The position numbers were made by a program, and so were the translations under genes. The notes beneath the pieces are model-generated. The model saw nothing but the letters and a program-made list of their open reading frames with translations. It did not search any database and was not told the origin of the DNA. Shown here one piece after another: positions 1 to 8,637 of a DNA stretch of 33,938 nt; the stretch's first letter is position 1, and the number at the start of each line of letters is the position of its first letter. The DNA is from an uncultured virus (IMG/VR IMGVR_UViG_3300027976_000013). Its lineage: Duplodnaviria > Heunggongvirae > Uroviricota > Caudoviricetes. The stretch lies in IMG/VR virus record IMGVR_UViG_3300027976_000013; one strand, 5' to 3'.

Positions 1-936
1 AGAGGGAAGGAGCATATTGTTCATCTTGATCTCAGAATTACATTTTTCAGCAATCTCCATAGTATTTTCAAGAATATCAAGGCGCGTAATTCCTACGTCA
101 TTGAAGTGCTGCAAAACCTCTTTTGCGTCCATAAGGTACAAAGGCAAATCTTTAAATGAGAGGCGACGATCTGGATAAAGGATATCCATCTTCTTTATTA
201 AATCATGAACCCCGCAAGCTTCATCATAATGATCTTTAGCGTGACGCTTCTGGCCAGCACTCATGGAAGAGTTCTGTCCAATCGCAAGAAGGACTTCCTC
301 TACTCCCCAATCATCCTCAGTAGGAAAATGGCAATCCAAAGTCCCAACAATAGGAATGTTGTATGAGTCCCCATAGTCAATCAATTTGGAATTAAGTTCC
401 GGGGGATTATGAGGTTGGACCTCAAGGTAGTAATCGTCAGCGAAGATTCCACGGAATCTCTCCAGAACAAACTCCGCTCGCTCCTCATCTCCAGACAGAA
501 TAGCCTTCGATAGAGCGCTCCCCATACAGCCAGAAAGGCATATGAGACCCTCTCCGAATTGTTCAAGGTTAGAGAAGTCAATACGAGGCTTGTAGTAATG
601 TTGTTCTGTCCAAGCCACGTTATTAAGGCGGAACAGATTTTCAAGACCCTTATCGTTTTTTGCGAGGAGGATCAGATGAGACCTTTCCTCTTTATTCTCC
701 TCGTCCTCCCTGAATGCATTATCAACAAAATATGCCTCAACACCAAAGATGGGTTTCACCCCCTGCTGTTTGCAGGCCTTTTGGAATCGAATGAACCCTC
801 CCATAGTGCCGTGATCGGTGATGGCCGAGGCAATTTGTCCATTAGTGCTGACAATACTTGCAATTTCCTCTGGAGTGCTCATCCCATCCAACAGCGAGTA
901 TTCAGAATGATTATGAAGATGAACGAACTCAGCCAT
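1..936 (-). CDS. dnaE: DNA polymerase III alpha subunit (DnaE-like), N-terminal PHP domain; runs off the left window edge
   Basis: Not in the ORF track because it has no stop in the window. Manual translation from ATG 936 gives MAEFVHLHNHSEYSLLDG...AITDHGTMGG...KPIFGVEAY...HLILLAKNDKGLENL...YYKPRID...LSGCMGS...YYLEVQPH...TLDCHF, the classic DnaE PHP motifs. Confidence 0.95.
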   Translation of the reverse strand, partial: MAEFVHLHNHSEYSLLDGMSTPEEIASIVSTNGQIASAITDHGTMGGFIRFQKACKQQGVKPIFGVEAYFVDNAFREDEENKEERSHLILLAKNDKGLENLFRLNNVAWTEQHYYKPRIDFSNLEQFGEGLICLSGCMGSALSKAILSGDEERAEFVLERFRGIFADDYYLEVQPHNPPELNSKLIDYGDSYNIPIVGTLDCHFPTEDDWGVEEVLLAIGQNSSMSAGQKRHAKDHYDEACGVHDLIKKMDILYPDRRLSFKDLPLYLMDAKEVLQHFNDVGITRLDILENTMEIAEKCNSEIKMNNMLLPS

Positions 937-938
937 AT

Positions 939-1151
939 CTACTCCTCATCTCTTGAGAAGAAAATTCCGACAGTATAGAGATCATACGTATCCCACATCG
1001 AGTCGATGTCAGCAATAATTGCCGTACCCATCTCCACATATCTCTCATGAGTATGAGGCTCAGTAGGGTTAGCCTTTTTCCAGATATCGAACTCATCATC
1101 AGAAAAAGATAACTCTGTCGCTTGTAACCTATGAACTCGTCCTACATGCAT
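939..1151 (-). CDS. hypothetical protein (70 aa, acidic)
   Basis: Fills the gap between dCMP deaminase (10-nt overlap) and dnaE (2-nt gap) on the coding strand. Confidence 0.65.
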   Translation of the reverse strand: MHVGRVHRLQATELSFSDDEFDIWKKANPTEPHTHERYVEMGTAIIADIDSMWDTYDLYTVGIFFSRDEE

Positions 1152-1630
1152 AATTTCTCCAAAAAGATGGGCGGGATATTGTCAATACTTACAACAACGA
1201 TATCCACTCCTCCCTCATAAAGAAGCTCGATGGCGTCCGTATGAGAGTAGAGCGTCGATGAGATCACTTTCTTGATCCCGGCGTTGATGAGAACCCTAGC
1301 ACAAAATATGCACGGAGTCGTCGTTAGGTAGATAGTAGCGCCATTTGTCCTCGCCCCGTTCATTGCCGCCGAAATGACTGCATTCTGTTCGGCGTGGATG
1401 GCCTTGCAGAGCCCCCATTGCCCCCCAGATGTCCTTGTAACGCATTCCGGGCCACAATGTGATGTACCCTTAGGCGAACCGTTATATCCCATAGAAATGA
1501 CCTGATTTGTCTCAGGATTTACGATTACCGCACCGACCTTGCGACTAGAACAAGTTGAGCGCTGAGCCGCCGCAATTGCTAAATTAAGAAAATAATCATT
1601 CCAACTTGGCCGAAAAACTAACTCGCTCAA
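1142..1630 (-). CDS. dCMP deaminase
   Basis: RSTCSSRKVGAVIV, GYNGSP, HAEQNA and PCIFC zinc-deaminase motifs. Confidence 0.95.
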   Translation of the reverse strand: MSELVFRPSWNDYFLNLAIAAAQRSTCSSRKVGAVIVNPETNQVISMGYNGSPKGTSHCGPECVTRTSGGQWGLCKAIHAEQNAVISAAMNGARTNGATIYLTTTPCIFCARVLINAGIKKVISSTLYSHTDAIELLYEGGVDIVVVSIDNIPPIFLEKLCM

Positions 1631-1998
1631 GAAATCTTCTCAAGAATGAATGAAGGAATATTATGTCGTCTAGCCGCATCACTAAACCCGCTGTGATCTT
1701 CACCAAACAGAAAAATTAAATCAGGGTTCGTTTCCTCAATGAAATGAAAGCCAACTTCACTTAGAGTGATTCCTTCAGACCAATGCTCGATAAGCCATTC
1801 CCCATTAAATGAGAACTTCGAAACAGAATGACGCCAAGTTTTATCCACCCACTCTTCGGCAATGTCTGAGACATGCCCTCTCCCCGTATAAATTACATAC
1901 AGCTTATCTTTTTGGGATGCGTATAGACCGTTCAGGAAAGTCTCTACAGCAATCTTGTTAATCTGCACAATATCTGACCCAGCTATAATTACTCTCAT
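1627..1998 (-). CDS. hypothetical protein, possibly a degenerate SLOG/YspA-like (DUF2493-like) fold
   Basis: N-terminal MRVIIAGS strand, ..DIAEEW.., PDLIFLF and ARRHNIP match the layout of phage SLOG proteins. ATGA overlaps at both ends. Confidence 0.5.
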   Translation of the reverse strand: MRVIIAGSDIVQINKIAVETFLNGLYASQKDKLYVIYTGRGHVSDIAEEWVDKTWRHSVSKFSFNGEWLIEHWSEGITLSEVGFHFIEETNPDLIFLFGEDHSGFSDAARRHNIPSFILEKIS

Positions 1999-2522
1999 GG
2001 TAACTCAATCTCCCACAGGCTATTTATTCGCCTGCCCTCGGGAACGCTATGTTCTTGATTGTAAGGGCGGTTATAAAGGTAAGCATTGACCCCCACAGAT
2101 ATCGCCTGAGAGATAACCTCTGGGTCATCATCGACATATACAGTTGGGAGGATCTCATAAAGAAACTTAATTTTATCTTCTTGGAACACGATAAAGTCGG
2201 CAGGTATATCCCATTCACGAAACCAGTCCCAAGTGGGGCTCGTCAGGGAAATGTCTCTTCCAGTTAAGAACATGATGTCGTATGAGGAACTGAAGTGATT
2301 TACCCAATACCATGCGTCCTCGAAGGATTTAGCATTTTTAACAATAAGAGGATCGTTAAGAAAAAGATCAAGACCTCCCGAGGGAATGTCAGGATAAACC
2401 TCGCTAAAGTCGCAATTGTCCAATTCGCATACGTTATCGGCATGAAATCCTGCAGCATTCAGCCTAAATCTTAGTTCATCGCGATAATTGGCGATGACTC
2501 CGTCGATTTCAAGCACAATCAT
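1995..2522 (-). CDS. HAD-superfamily 5'(3')-deoxyribonucleotidase-like protein
   Basis: Motif I-like LEIDGVIAN, motif II FLTGR, K in EDKIK, motif IV YVDDDP and the YNRPYN tail typical of phage NT5C-like proteins. Confidence 0.8.
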   Translation of the reverse strand: MIVLEIDGVIANYRDELRFRLNAAGFHADNVCELDNCDFSEVYPDIPSGGLDLFLNDPLIVKNAKSFEDAWYWVNHFSSSYDIMFLTGRDISLTSPTWDWFREWDIPADFIVFQEDKIKFLYEILPTVYVDDDPEVISQAISVGVNAYLYNRPYNQEHSVPEGRRINSLWEIELP

Positions 2523-2544
2523 TTAGATCCTCTCTAAAAAAGAA

Positions 2545-2579
2545 TATTTCCATGCCTCGCCTAGCAAGGCATGGAAATA
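2545..2579 (-). terminator. intrinsic terminator-like hairpin after the SSB gene
   Basis: 13-bp perfect stem TATTTCCATGCCT/AGGCATGGAAATA with a 9-nt loop, followed on the minus strand by TTCTTTTTT. Confidence 0.7.
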
Positions 2580-2592
2580 CATTTTGCAAAAA

Positions 2593-3252
2593 TTACTTCC
2601 AATCGGAAGACTTAGAATCGTCCTCTTCCCCAGCAAAGAACCCAGCCTGCTCTGCGGGGTTCATATTCCGAAACACCTTCGTAAGATCGTGCATCGGTAA
2701 TTCAGCAATGCTAGGGGCAGCATCCTTAGGGGCCAACGGGATAAGTGTGTATTTGGTCTGCTGCTTCTGTCCTGTGCGAGAAAACTTGAAATCTCGATCA
2801 AGGATAGTGCCGTACTCCGAAGCGTAAGTCACAATAGTTTCAGCAACATGCGCTCCAGTGAATTTTTGATCGATAATGCGAGGCTCCCAAATGTCCTCTT
2901 CTGCATTGAATACAGCAACATTCAGAAGAAGATGCTGCTTCGCACGCCAGCCACGATCATGAACAATCTGTTCACAGCCAAAGCAGCGATAACCGAACTC
3001 TTCGTTATCTGCAGTGCAAACCGCACTCTTCTTGAAGTCCTCAGGGTTAGTGTGGACCGAAACGACATGTGCGACCCCGGCTTCCTCAGTGAACGCTGCG
3101 GAGTCCTCTGTCAACTCTTGACGAAAGCGAATCAGATACGACTCTCCTGACTTCACAACGAAGTAGCGCTGAATGCGCTCTCCATCTTGAGCACTACCCT
3201 TCATGTTGATAGTGTTCTTTTTCAGATCACTCAAAGTCTTGAACATACTCAT
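2593..3252 (-). CDS. single-stranded DNA-binding protein (T4 gp32-like fold)
   Basis: YLIRF, H..., C-x10-C-x2-C zinc site, LDRDFKFSRTG..TKYTLIP, acidic tail EEDDSKSSDWK; lies next to primase and helicase. Confidence 0.8.
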   Translation of the reverse strand: MSMFKTLSDLKKNTINMKGSAQDGERIQRYFVVKSGESYLIRFRQELTEDSAAFTEEAGVAHVVSVHTNPEDFKKSAVCTADNEEFGYRCFGCEQIVHDRGWRAKQHLLLNVAVFNAEEDIWEPRIIDQKFTGAHVAETIVTYASEYGTILDRDFKFSRTGQKQQTKYTLIPLAPKDAAPSIAELPMHDLTKVFRNMNPAEQAGFFAGEEDDSKSSDWK

Positions 3253-3324
3253 AATAATTACCTTTTTTTTCCTACGCTACAAGCGTATTATTTGATTTTC
3301 CATACGCACTTTGGCGTCATAGAC

Positions 3325-3333
3325 ATTATACCA
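3325..3333 (-). promoter_or_regulatory. extended -10 promoter (TGGTATAAT) for the SSB gene
   Basis: Perfect TGnTATAAT in the primase-SSB intergenic gap. Confidence 0.6.
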
Positions 3334-3381
3334 CTGTTTCCTCCATCCCGAACCATTCAAGGGGGTAATTTTGAAAAAGTG

Positions 3382-4311
3382 TTAAACAGGTACGCTATGG
3401 AAAAACTCTTCCCCGAAGTTCCAACTAAGAAAGTCAACAGCGTTCTCGACGGCAAACCTAATTTGCTCCTCAGACATATCTCCAGGATCTTTTATGTCAT
3501 CTCCCGGAAATTCAACAATGAAAAGCTCTTTGCTGTAAAGGGCGCGCGCTATGAGATCTCTCATTGCGTTCCCGGCAGCGTCGTTATCTGAAAAGATAAC
3601 TATCTTGTCAAAGTAATCTGCCATCAAAGCGATCTGGCCCTTAGTTACAGAGGCCCCCAAAGTCGAAACGACATTGGGAAACCCTGCCTGATGCACCTTG
3701 AGGGCATCGAGGCTACCTTCGACCACTATGCACGAATCATATCTCTTAGCGTTGTTTAAGTTGAAAAGAGTGTCCTTTCTCGGAAACCCCTTCGAGTACA
3801 AATATTTTGGCTGAACATCGGGCAATGTCGTTCTCCCAATGAATCCAATCACTAAATGTTTATAATCCCTTGCTGGAATAACAATTCTGTTCTTCGAATC
3901 GGAATAAGCAACATTGAAATACCTTAATGTTTCCAGAGTAAAACCACGATCTAAAAGGTATTGAAATTTATAAGAATCCTCAGAAAGATCAACCATTATC
4001 TCCTCAAGAACATCCCCCCAAGAGGTGTCCTCAACATCTTCATCTTCATGGAGGAGGTTCAATTCAATTTCGTCAATAGAATATTCTCTAACAAAATTCC
4101 CAGTATCCCCAAAAAACTCCATCAAATCTTTAATCGACCCAGTCTTTCCACAGGCTGGATTAAAGCAAATCCAAAGCCCCGTATTCTTATTCACAAAAAA
4201 TGCGGGGGTGTCGGTATTTTGATGAAAAGGGCAATAGCAAGCAAGTTCAGATCCGTCATCTCTAATGATCTGAATGCCCTTCCCTTCTAGGTAGTTCGTT
4301 ACATCAACCAT
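3382..4311 (-). CDS. dnaG: DNA primase (CHC2 zinc finger + TOPRIM)
   Basis: CPFH...WICFNPAC zinc finger, RIVIP, GFIGR, PKYLYS, VVEGSLDAL, FSDNDAAG, KDPGD. Start moved from 4446 to ATG 4311 (MVDVTNYL) to avoid a long overlap with the upstream 71-aa ORF. Confidence 0.93.
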   Translation of the reverse strand: MVDVTNYLEGKGIQIIRDDGSELACYCPFHQNTDTPAFFVNKNTGLWICFNPACGKTGSIKDLMEFFGDTGNFVREYSIDEIELNLLHEDEDVEDTSWGDVLEEIMVDLSEDSYKFQYLLDRGFTLETLRYFNVAYSDSKNRIVIPARDYKHLVIGFIGRTTLPDVQPKYLYSKGFPRKDTLFNLNNAKRYDSCIVVEGSLDALKVHQAGFPNVVSTLGASVTKGQIALMADYFDKIVIFSDNDAAGNAMRDLIARALYSKELFIVEFPGDDIKDPGDMSEEQIRFAVENAVDFLSWNFGEEFFHSVPV

Positions 4312-4519
4312 AAAACTCAATTGAGAAGCTTGAAACTCCATCCTTGTCGATGCTCCAGAAAAGCGATGTCTTGCGAAACTTCTTTCCAGAATTTTCACGG
4401 ACATAATCTTCGATATAAGATCGTTGGCGGATAATAGTTTCCTCATCCAATGTTGTGCCTCTAATGGTATAAACTGGGCGTCGGCCTCCGCGCTTATTGT
4501 TGTTAAATTTGGTATTCAT
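4304..4519 (-). CDS. hypothetical protein (71 aa)
   Basis: Short overlaps with the helicase end and the revised primase start, consistent with operon packing. Confidence 0.65.
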   Translation of the reverse strand: MNTKFNNNKRGGRRPVYTIRGTTLDEETIIRQRSYIEDYVRENSGKKFRKTSLFWSIDKDGVSSFSIEFYG

Positions 4520-6740
4520 ATATCTCTCTCCACTCTCCTGAGTCTAGGTTCCATCTTAAATAAAACGCAAATGGAGCGCAACGCCTTGTCTTTTTAGTTA
4601 CAACTTGAAAAATATCACTACCCTCTGGGCGATGCAAACTCAACACCATGTCGGCATCATACGAAAGTTGCTTAGACCAAGCAATCTCATTGAGTTCTGG
4701 AGGACGCTCATCGTGACCGTCGTCCATCGTAACACCTGAAACGTCAATGATGGGAACACGATTGCGCACAGCCATACGCTTGAACGCCTTAGAAAGATTC
4801 TTAGCACGCTCAGTCTCCGACCTTCCCCCGCTCGAATCATCGAACAGAGTGTGGTAATCGAGAATGACAAGATCTGGCTTATACTGCTCAATTTTAGACT
4901 GAACAAAATGTTGATCTGCTGTCTCTATCCCGTCAGAAGTCACAAGATGCATGGGATGCTTCCCGTCGAACATATCCTCAGCCCAGCCCGTATACTCATC
5001 TAAGTCCAAGCCTTTACCGTTAGTGAGTTGAGTGTTAGTAAACACTCTTCCCGCATTCAAAATAGTGTCCATACGGAACTCTTCCTGAATCCGATCCATC
5101 TCCAAAGAAATAATTAGAGGAACATGCCCAGCACGCCAAGCGTTAGCCGCCATGAGGCGAGTAAGCGAGGAGTTGTGAGTGACAATGTAATCTCCGGCCA
5201 TATACAGATGATCAGGGGCGTCTACGGTGAAGCAGACTCCGTCCCCGTCGTCTATTCTTTCAATGCTTTCAATTGCCCTAAACCACTCATACGTCGGGGA
5301 ATAAAGTTCCACCTTCCGGGGGAGAGTGAACGGATTGAATGGGGTCCATACACTAACAGTGTACTCGGTACCATCTCCTCTGACATTCCCTTTTACCGAA
5401 GCGACGCCGCCAAGTGACAATACCAATTCCTTGACGCCTTCGGCCAACTTGGCCGAGTACGATGAGTATTTTGCTCTTTCTCTAGGTGTAGCGCTGCCGT
5501 CAGTATCCAACAGACCAGCAAGAAGCGCCTTCCGACTATCTATATCGGAAATGAGGTATGAATCTGGAATGAATTTATCCCTCGACTTATGATTGATTAA
5601 CCCAAGCGATGTCAGATCCTCCCTGAAGGAAACTCCGTAATTGGTACAGGCGCAGTGATTATCAGTCTTGGTATAGAAACGAAACTTTTTATGAGGGTTA
5701 GCCCCCTGAACCTTATCTTGGATAAAGTTATCATTGCCGGAAAGCTCTACCCTTCTTCTTGAGAGATATCCGTCGCCCAATAGTGCTCCAAGAGTATAAG
5801 GATCTATCGGAAGATCCACCTTCGGATACTCAACAGGGCCAGTAGCTGGAAGGTAATACTTATACTGAGACTTGGAGTTCCCAGTATTCCTAGCTCCAAA
5901 ACGGACCCCCTCGCTAAACAGCTCTCCGGTTGTCTTGTTTATGAAATTCTCCGACAAGCCCCTATAACGATTATTTGCAGAAAGGAGAGTCCAAATATGA
6001 TCCTCTCCTACCTCAATCTCACTTCCGTCATTGAATACGATCTTATACATGCTCAGATCACTCCAAGGCCAAATGTGGGTTACCGTAATTGGGGCACCAG
6101 AACGACCAAATATCTTATCGCCCGGACTGATATCTCCAGCCTTACGCCACCCGTCAGGAGTGGGGATCGGTGTGGCAGGCGTAACCATTTTTCCCGTTCC
6201 TGTCCACCCAATAACCACAACGAAATCCCCAGGTTGAAAGCCCCCAAAGTGAACGTCGATAACCTTAATGCCGCTAGGAACGCCAACAATCTTATTATCA
6301 GGATTCTCAATACGATCCCTGAGGATCTCAACACGCTCAGAATAGTCAGCAATATTAGAATCCTTCAATCTCCCCGAATCTCGCATGAGTTTAGCTGAAT
6401 CGCTTTGGATCAAAGTCAAAATCTTAGCGGGATCATCCCCGCCCTTCAAAGACTCAGAAGCCTTAAACAATGTTGTGCGCACACCACGACCAAGACTCTG
6501 CCTCTTGGCATCATCAATATAAAACTGGATAGGAGAGTCGGCATTATAAAATTCAAAACTCTTAAAATTAGTTTTGATCACATCTTTTGAAGGAATCTGA
6601 CCGTACTCGCTATTGAACTGGAGAATGAAACTCCAAACGTCAGCGTACTCAGCAAAAACATGTTCGACCCCCTGATCGATACATGACTCAATATCTCCCG
6701 TACTCACAATGCTGTTGATGAGATTCAACTCATAGTTCAT
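4503..6740 (-). CDS. dnaB: DnaB-like (SF4) replicative helicase containing an intein
   Basis: GVPSGIKVID..GGFQPGDFVVVIGWTGTGK|S Walker A, ISLEM, LVILDY, IAWSKQLSYDAD. Interrupted by an intein in the P-loop. Confidence 0.93.
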   Translation of the reverse strand: MNYELNLINSIVSTGDIESCIDQGVEHVFAEYADVWSFILQFNSEYGQIPSKDVIKTNFKSFEFYNADSPIQFYIDDAKRQSLGRGVRTTLFKASESLKGGDDPAKILTLIQSDSAKLMRDSGRLKDSNIADYSERVEILRDRIENPDNKIVGVPSGIKVIDVHFGGFQPGDFVVVIGWTGTGKMVTPATPIPTPDGWRKAGDISPGDKIFGRSGAPITVTHIWPWSDLSMYKIVFNDGSEIEVGEDHIWTLLSANNRYRGLSENFINKTTGELFSEGVRFGARNTGNSKSQYKYYLPATGPVEYPKVDLPIDPYTLGALLGDGYLSRRRVELSGNDNFIQDKVQGANPHKKFRFYTKTDNHCACTNYGVSFREDLTSLGLINHKSRDKFIPDSYLISDIDSRKALLAGLLDTDGSATPRERAKYSSYSAKLAEGVKELVLSLGGVASVKGNVRGDGTEYTVSVWTPFNPFTLPRKVELYSPTYEWFRAIESIERIDDGDGVCFTVDAPDHLYMAGDYIVTHNSSLTRLMAANAWRAGHVPLIISLEMDRIQEEFRMDTILNAGRVFTNTQLTNGKGLDLDEYTGWAEDMFDGKHPMHLVTSDGIETADQHFVQSKIEQYKPDLVILDYHTLFDDSSGGRSETERAKNLSKAFKRMAVRNRVPIIDVSGVTMDDGHDERPPELNEIAWSKQLSYDADMVLSLHRPEGSDIFQVVTKKTRRCAPFAFYLRWNLDSGEWREIYEYQI
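5172..6188 (-). mobile_element. class 3 intein with LAGLIDADG endonuclease in the helicase P-loop (339 aa, Met1)
   Basis: MVTPATPIPTPDGW (block A), EVGEDHIW (block B Trp), LGALLGDG and LAGLLDTDG, GVCFTVD (block F Cys), IVTHN|S terminus. Confidence 0.92.
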
Positions 6741-7053
6741 CGAAATTCCTCATCCTTTCTTCTGTTTCCTTTACGAGTTTGTCGAAATCATTTCTAGACT
6801 TTTGTCTTTCGACTACCTTATCCCTCACCTTGGAACTTTCAATAGCGAAATCATAAACGAGAATCGGATCATCGGCAGTCTTGATGAACTCAACTATACA
6901 CTCTCGAAGGATATCTTCGCTATAGTATGTATTGTAATACGAAAGAAGACTTTTGATCAACTCTTCTTGTCGAGGTTCAGAGAGAAATAGTTTTCCGTTC
7001 TCGTCGCACAATTTCTGAAACGTAGAGATCACTATCTCCAAAGTTGCTTTCAT
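6730..7053 (-). CDS. hypothetical protein upstream of the helicase (possible replication accessory)
   Basis: 107-aa helical ORF overlapping the helicase start by 11 nt. Function not assignable. Confidence 0.65.
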   Translation of the reverse strand: MKATLEIVISTFQKLCDENGKLFLSEPRQEELIKSLLSYYNTYYSEDILRECIVEFIKTADDPILVYDFAIESSKVRDKVVERQKSRNDFDKLVKETEERMRNFDEL

Positions 7054-7288
7054 CTTGGGTTGACACCCTCTTCCATTGCATCATAAGCCTATCGTACTTC
7101 GATAGGCCCGCCGACGTAAAAGTTCCATCGACATCCTGATTCGCTATGATGCAAGGAATCTTGACCGTACAGTCCTTGCAGATTGACTTAGCCTCATTGA
7201 CCTCATCTATTTGAAAAGAAAGAAACTTCTTGTCAAACTTGCATAAGGCATCCTTTGTCCAATGGACACTCTTCAAATTCTGGGACAT
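6977..7288 (-). CDS. whiB: WhiB-family transcription factor
   Basis: W..DALC-x20-AKSICKDCTVKIPC four-cysteine pattern, followed by GLSKYDR. Confidence 0.8.
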   Translation of the reverse strand: MSQNLKSVHWTKDALCKFDKKFLSFQIDEVNEAKSICKDCTVKIPCIIANQDVDGTFTSAGLSKYDRLMMQWKRVSTQDESNFGDSDLYVSEIVRRERKTISL

Positions 7289-7515
7289 CAGGATTCGGAT
7301 AAGCCGCGATCAGCCTCAAGGATCTGCTCTTCAATTTGTGCTTGAACATCAGCCCAAAGCGACTTCCAAGCTTCATCCTTGGAGGTTCCATCTTCGACAG
7401 TGGATTTTGCTCCAGCGTCGATACGGAGAGACTCATAATTGCCCAAGTTCTTTGTGATGCCAACAGAACACCAAATCGTGTTAGTGTCATCTGTTTCTGG
7501 AATTAAATTAGCCAT
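7288..7515 (-). CDS. hypothetical phage protein (75 aa)
   Basis: VGITKNLGNYESLRID motif resembling a common small phage family; 1-nt overlap with the whiB start. Confidence 0.75.
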   Translation of the reverse strand: MANLIPETDDTNTIWCSVGITKNLGNYESLRIDAGAKSTVEDGTSKDEAWKSLWADVQAQIEEQILEADRGLSES

Positions 7516-7520
7516 TTTAT

Positions 7521-7967
7521 CTACCTATTCCTTAAATCTTGAGACCTGAGCGGTTTCTCGGTTCTCATCATTATACCACGTAAAGCTGGCCGTCCGACAG
7601 GTTTACGCCTTCTGAAGAACTCTATAACGTCCTCCACATCCCTATCAGAGTATACACGACAATGCTGGACTCCATTCTCCTTTAGGAGAATTTTCCTCGG
7701 GGAAGCCAGAAGCCCGTCATTTTCGTACTTCCGTATAGTGGAAACTTTTCTTCTAACCACCCTCGAAACGTCCGAAATGGTAAAAGCCCGTTTCAAGACC
7801 TTCGGGGCTGAATCGAAATCAATTGACTCATTAGTGTGAGAAAGATAGTTGCGAAGAAGAAACACTTGATTGAATCTATCGACCCTCACAACTCTCACCA
7901 CGCTTGCGCTTGGCAAGAAGTATAGTTGGCCTTTTTTTATTTGAGAAAAGTTTAGTTCACCTAGCAC
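7521..7967 (-). CDS. MerR-like helix-turn-helix DNA-binding protein
   Basis: FTISDVSRVVRRKVSTIRKYENDGLL..PR...RVYSDRDV is a MerR HTH-wing. It has an extra N-terminal beta domain and a KPVGRP AT-hook-like tail. Confidence 0.8.
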   Translation of the reverse strand: MLGELNFSQIKKGQLYFLPSASVVRVVRVDRFNQVFLLRNYLSHTNESIDFDSAPKVLKRAFTISDVSRVVRRKVSTIRKYENDGLLASPRKILLKENGVQHCRVYSDRDVEDVIEFFRRRKPVGRPALRGIMMRTEKPLRSQDLRNR

Positions 7968-8136
7968 GCTTTTTTGCTTTCGCTAGTTTATCTTTGAAAT
8001 CATTCCAGTCCTTTTCGTTAACTTGAACCTTCTTGGAACACTGACGGCAACCCAATTGGATAGTTCTCTCGTAGTAAAGATCATAATAGCTCTCTTCCTC
8101 GTATATCGCTCCACCGCAATTTCTACAATTTATCAC
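7957..8136 (-). CDS. small zinc-ribbon protein (59 aa; below the ORF-track cutoff)
   Basis: Manual translation from GTG 8136: MINCRNCGGAIYEEESYYDLYYERTIQLGCRQCSKKVQVNEKDWNDFKDKLAKAKKRAR*. Two CxxC pairs; GTGA overlap with the HNH stop. Confidence 0.8.
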   Translation of the reverse strand: MINCRNCGGAIYEEESYYDLYYERTIQLGCRQCSKKVQVNEKDWNDFKDKLAKAKKRAR

Positions 8137-8567
8137 GCAACTGCCTTCTTCCGGCTCTTTGCTTGCCGTTGGCGCTCACGTTCGGCATGGCAGGTTCGGC
8201 ATTGGCGCCTTCCGTTTGGACAGTAATACGTGTTGATTTCGTCATAGGGGTGACCATGTGGGCAATGGGTTTTTGCCAGTTGTAGAGCGCCACTCGCCTT
8301 CCCTACCTCACCGCGTCTTACGTTTTCCTGTTGAGTTACAGGCTCCAAGTGGCTTGGACGCACGCAATTCCTCACCCGGCACAGATGGTCTAGTTGTAAG
8401 CCTGCCGGAATTGGCCCGACGTAATGCTCATAAGCAAAACGGTGGGAATATACCATCTTCCCGTCAACCCAGAAATACCCGTACCCGTCTCTGCGAATAT
8501 ATGCGATCCACAGCCAGCAGTCACCAGCCTTATCAACCTTTCTCTCAAAACGCTCAATAGTAATCAT
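8133..8567 (-). CDS. free-standing HNH homing endonuclease
   Basis: DCWLW, GYG, HRFAYE, LDHLCRVRNCVRPSHLEPVTQQEN and a C-terminal KTHCPHGH...RQCRTC zinc module. Confidence 0.92.
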   Translation of the reverse strand: MITIERFERKVDKAGDCWLWIAYIRRDGYGYFWVDGKMVYSHRFAYEHYVGPIPAGLQLDHLCRVRNCVRPSHLEPVTQQENVRRGEVGKASGALQLAKTHCPHGHPYDEINTYYCPNGRRQCRTCHAERERQRQAKSRKKAVA

Positions 8568-8592
8568 GTATTTATATCCTTATTGTAAAAGC

Positions 8593-8632
8593 GGCCGGGG
8601 TGGAGGAAATTTACGCTTCCTCCACCCCGGCC
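8593..8632 (-). terminator. strong intrinsic terminator after the holin-like gene
   Basis: 16-bp perfect stem GGCCGGGGTGGAGGAA/TTCCTCCACCCCGGCC with an 8-nt loop, then GCTTTT on the minus strand. Confidence 0.8.
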
Positions 8633-8637
8633 ACAGT

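Noticed and set aside
381..978. ORFs 381..644 (-) and 559..978 (+)
   Set aside because: Both are alternate-frame or antisense shadows of the dnaE reading frame (1..936), which has clear PHP motifs.
4312..4446. 45-aa N-terminal extension of primase in the ORF track
   Set aside because: It overlaps the 71-aa gene and has no primase-like content. ATG 4311 fits operon packing.
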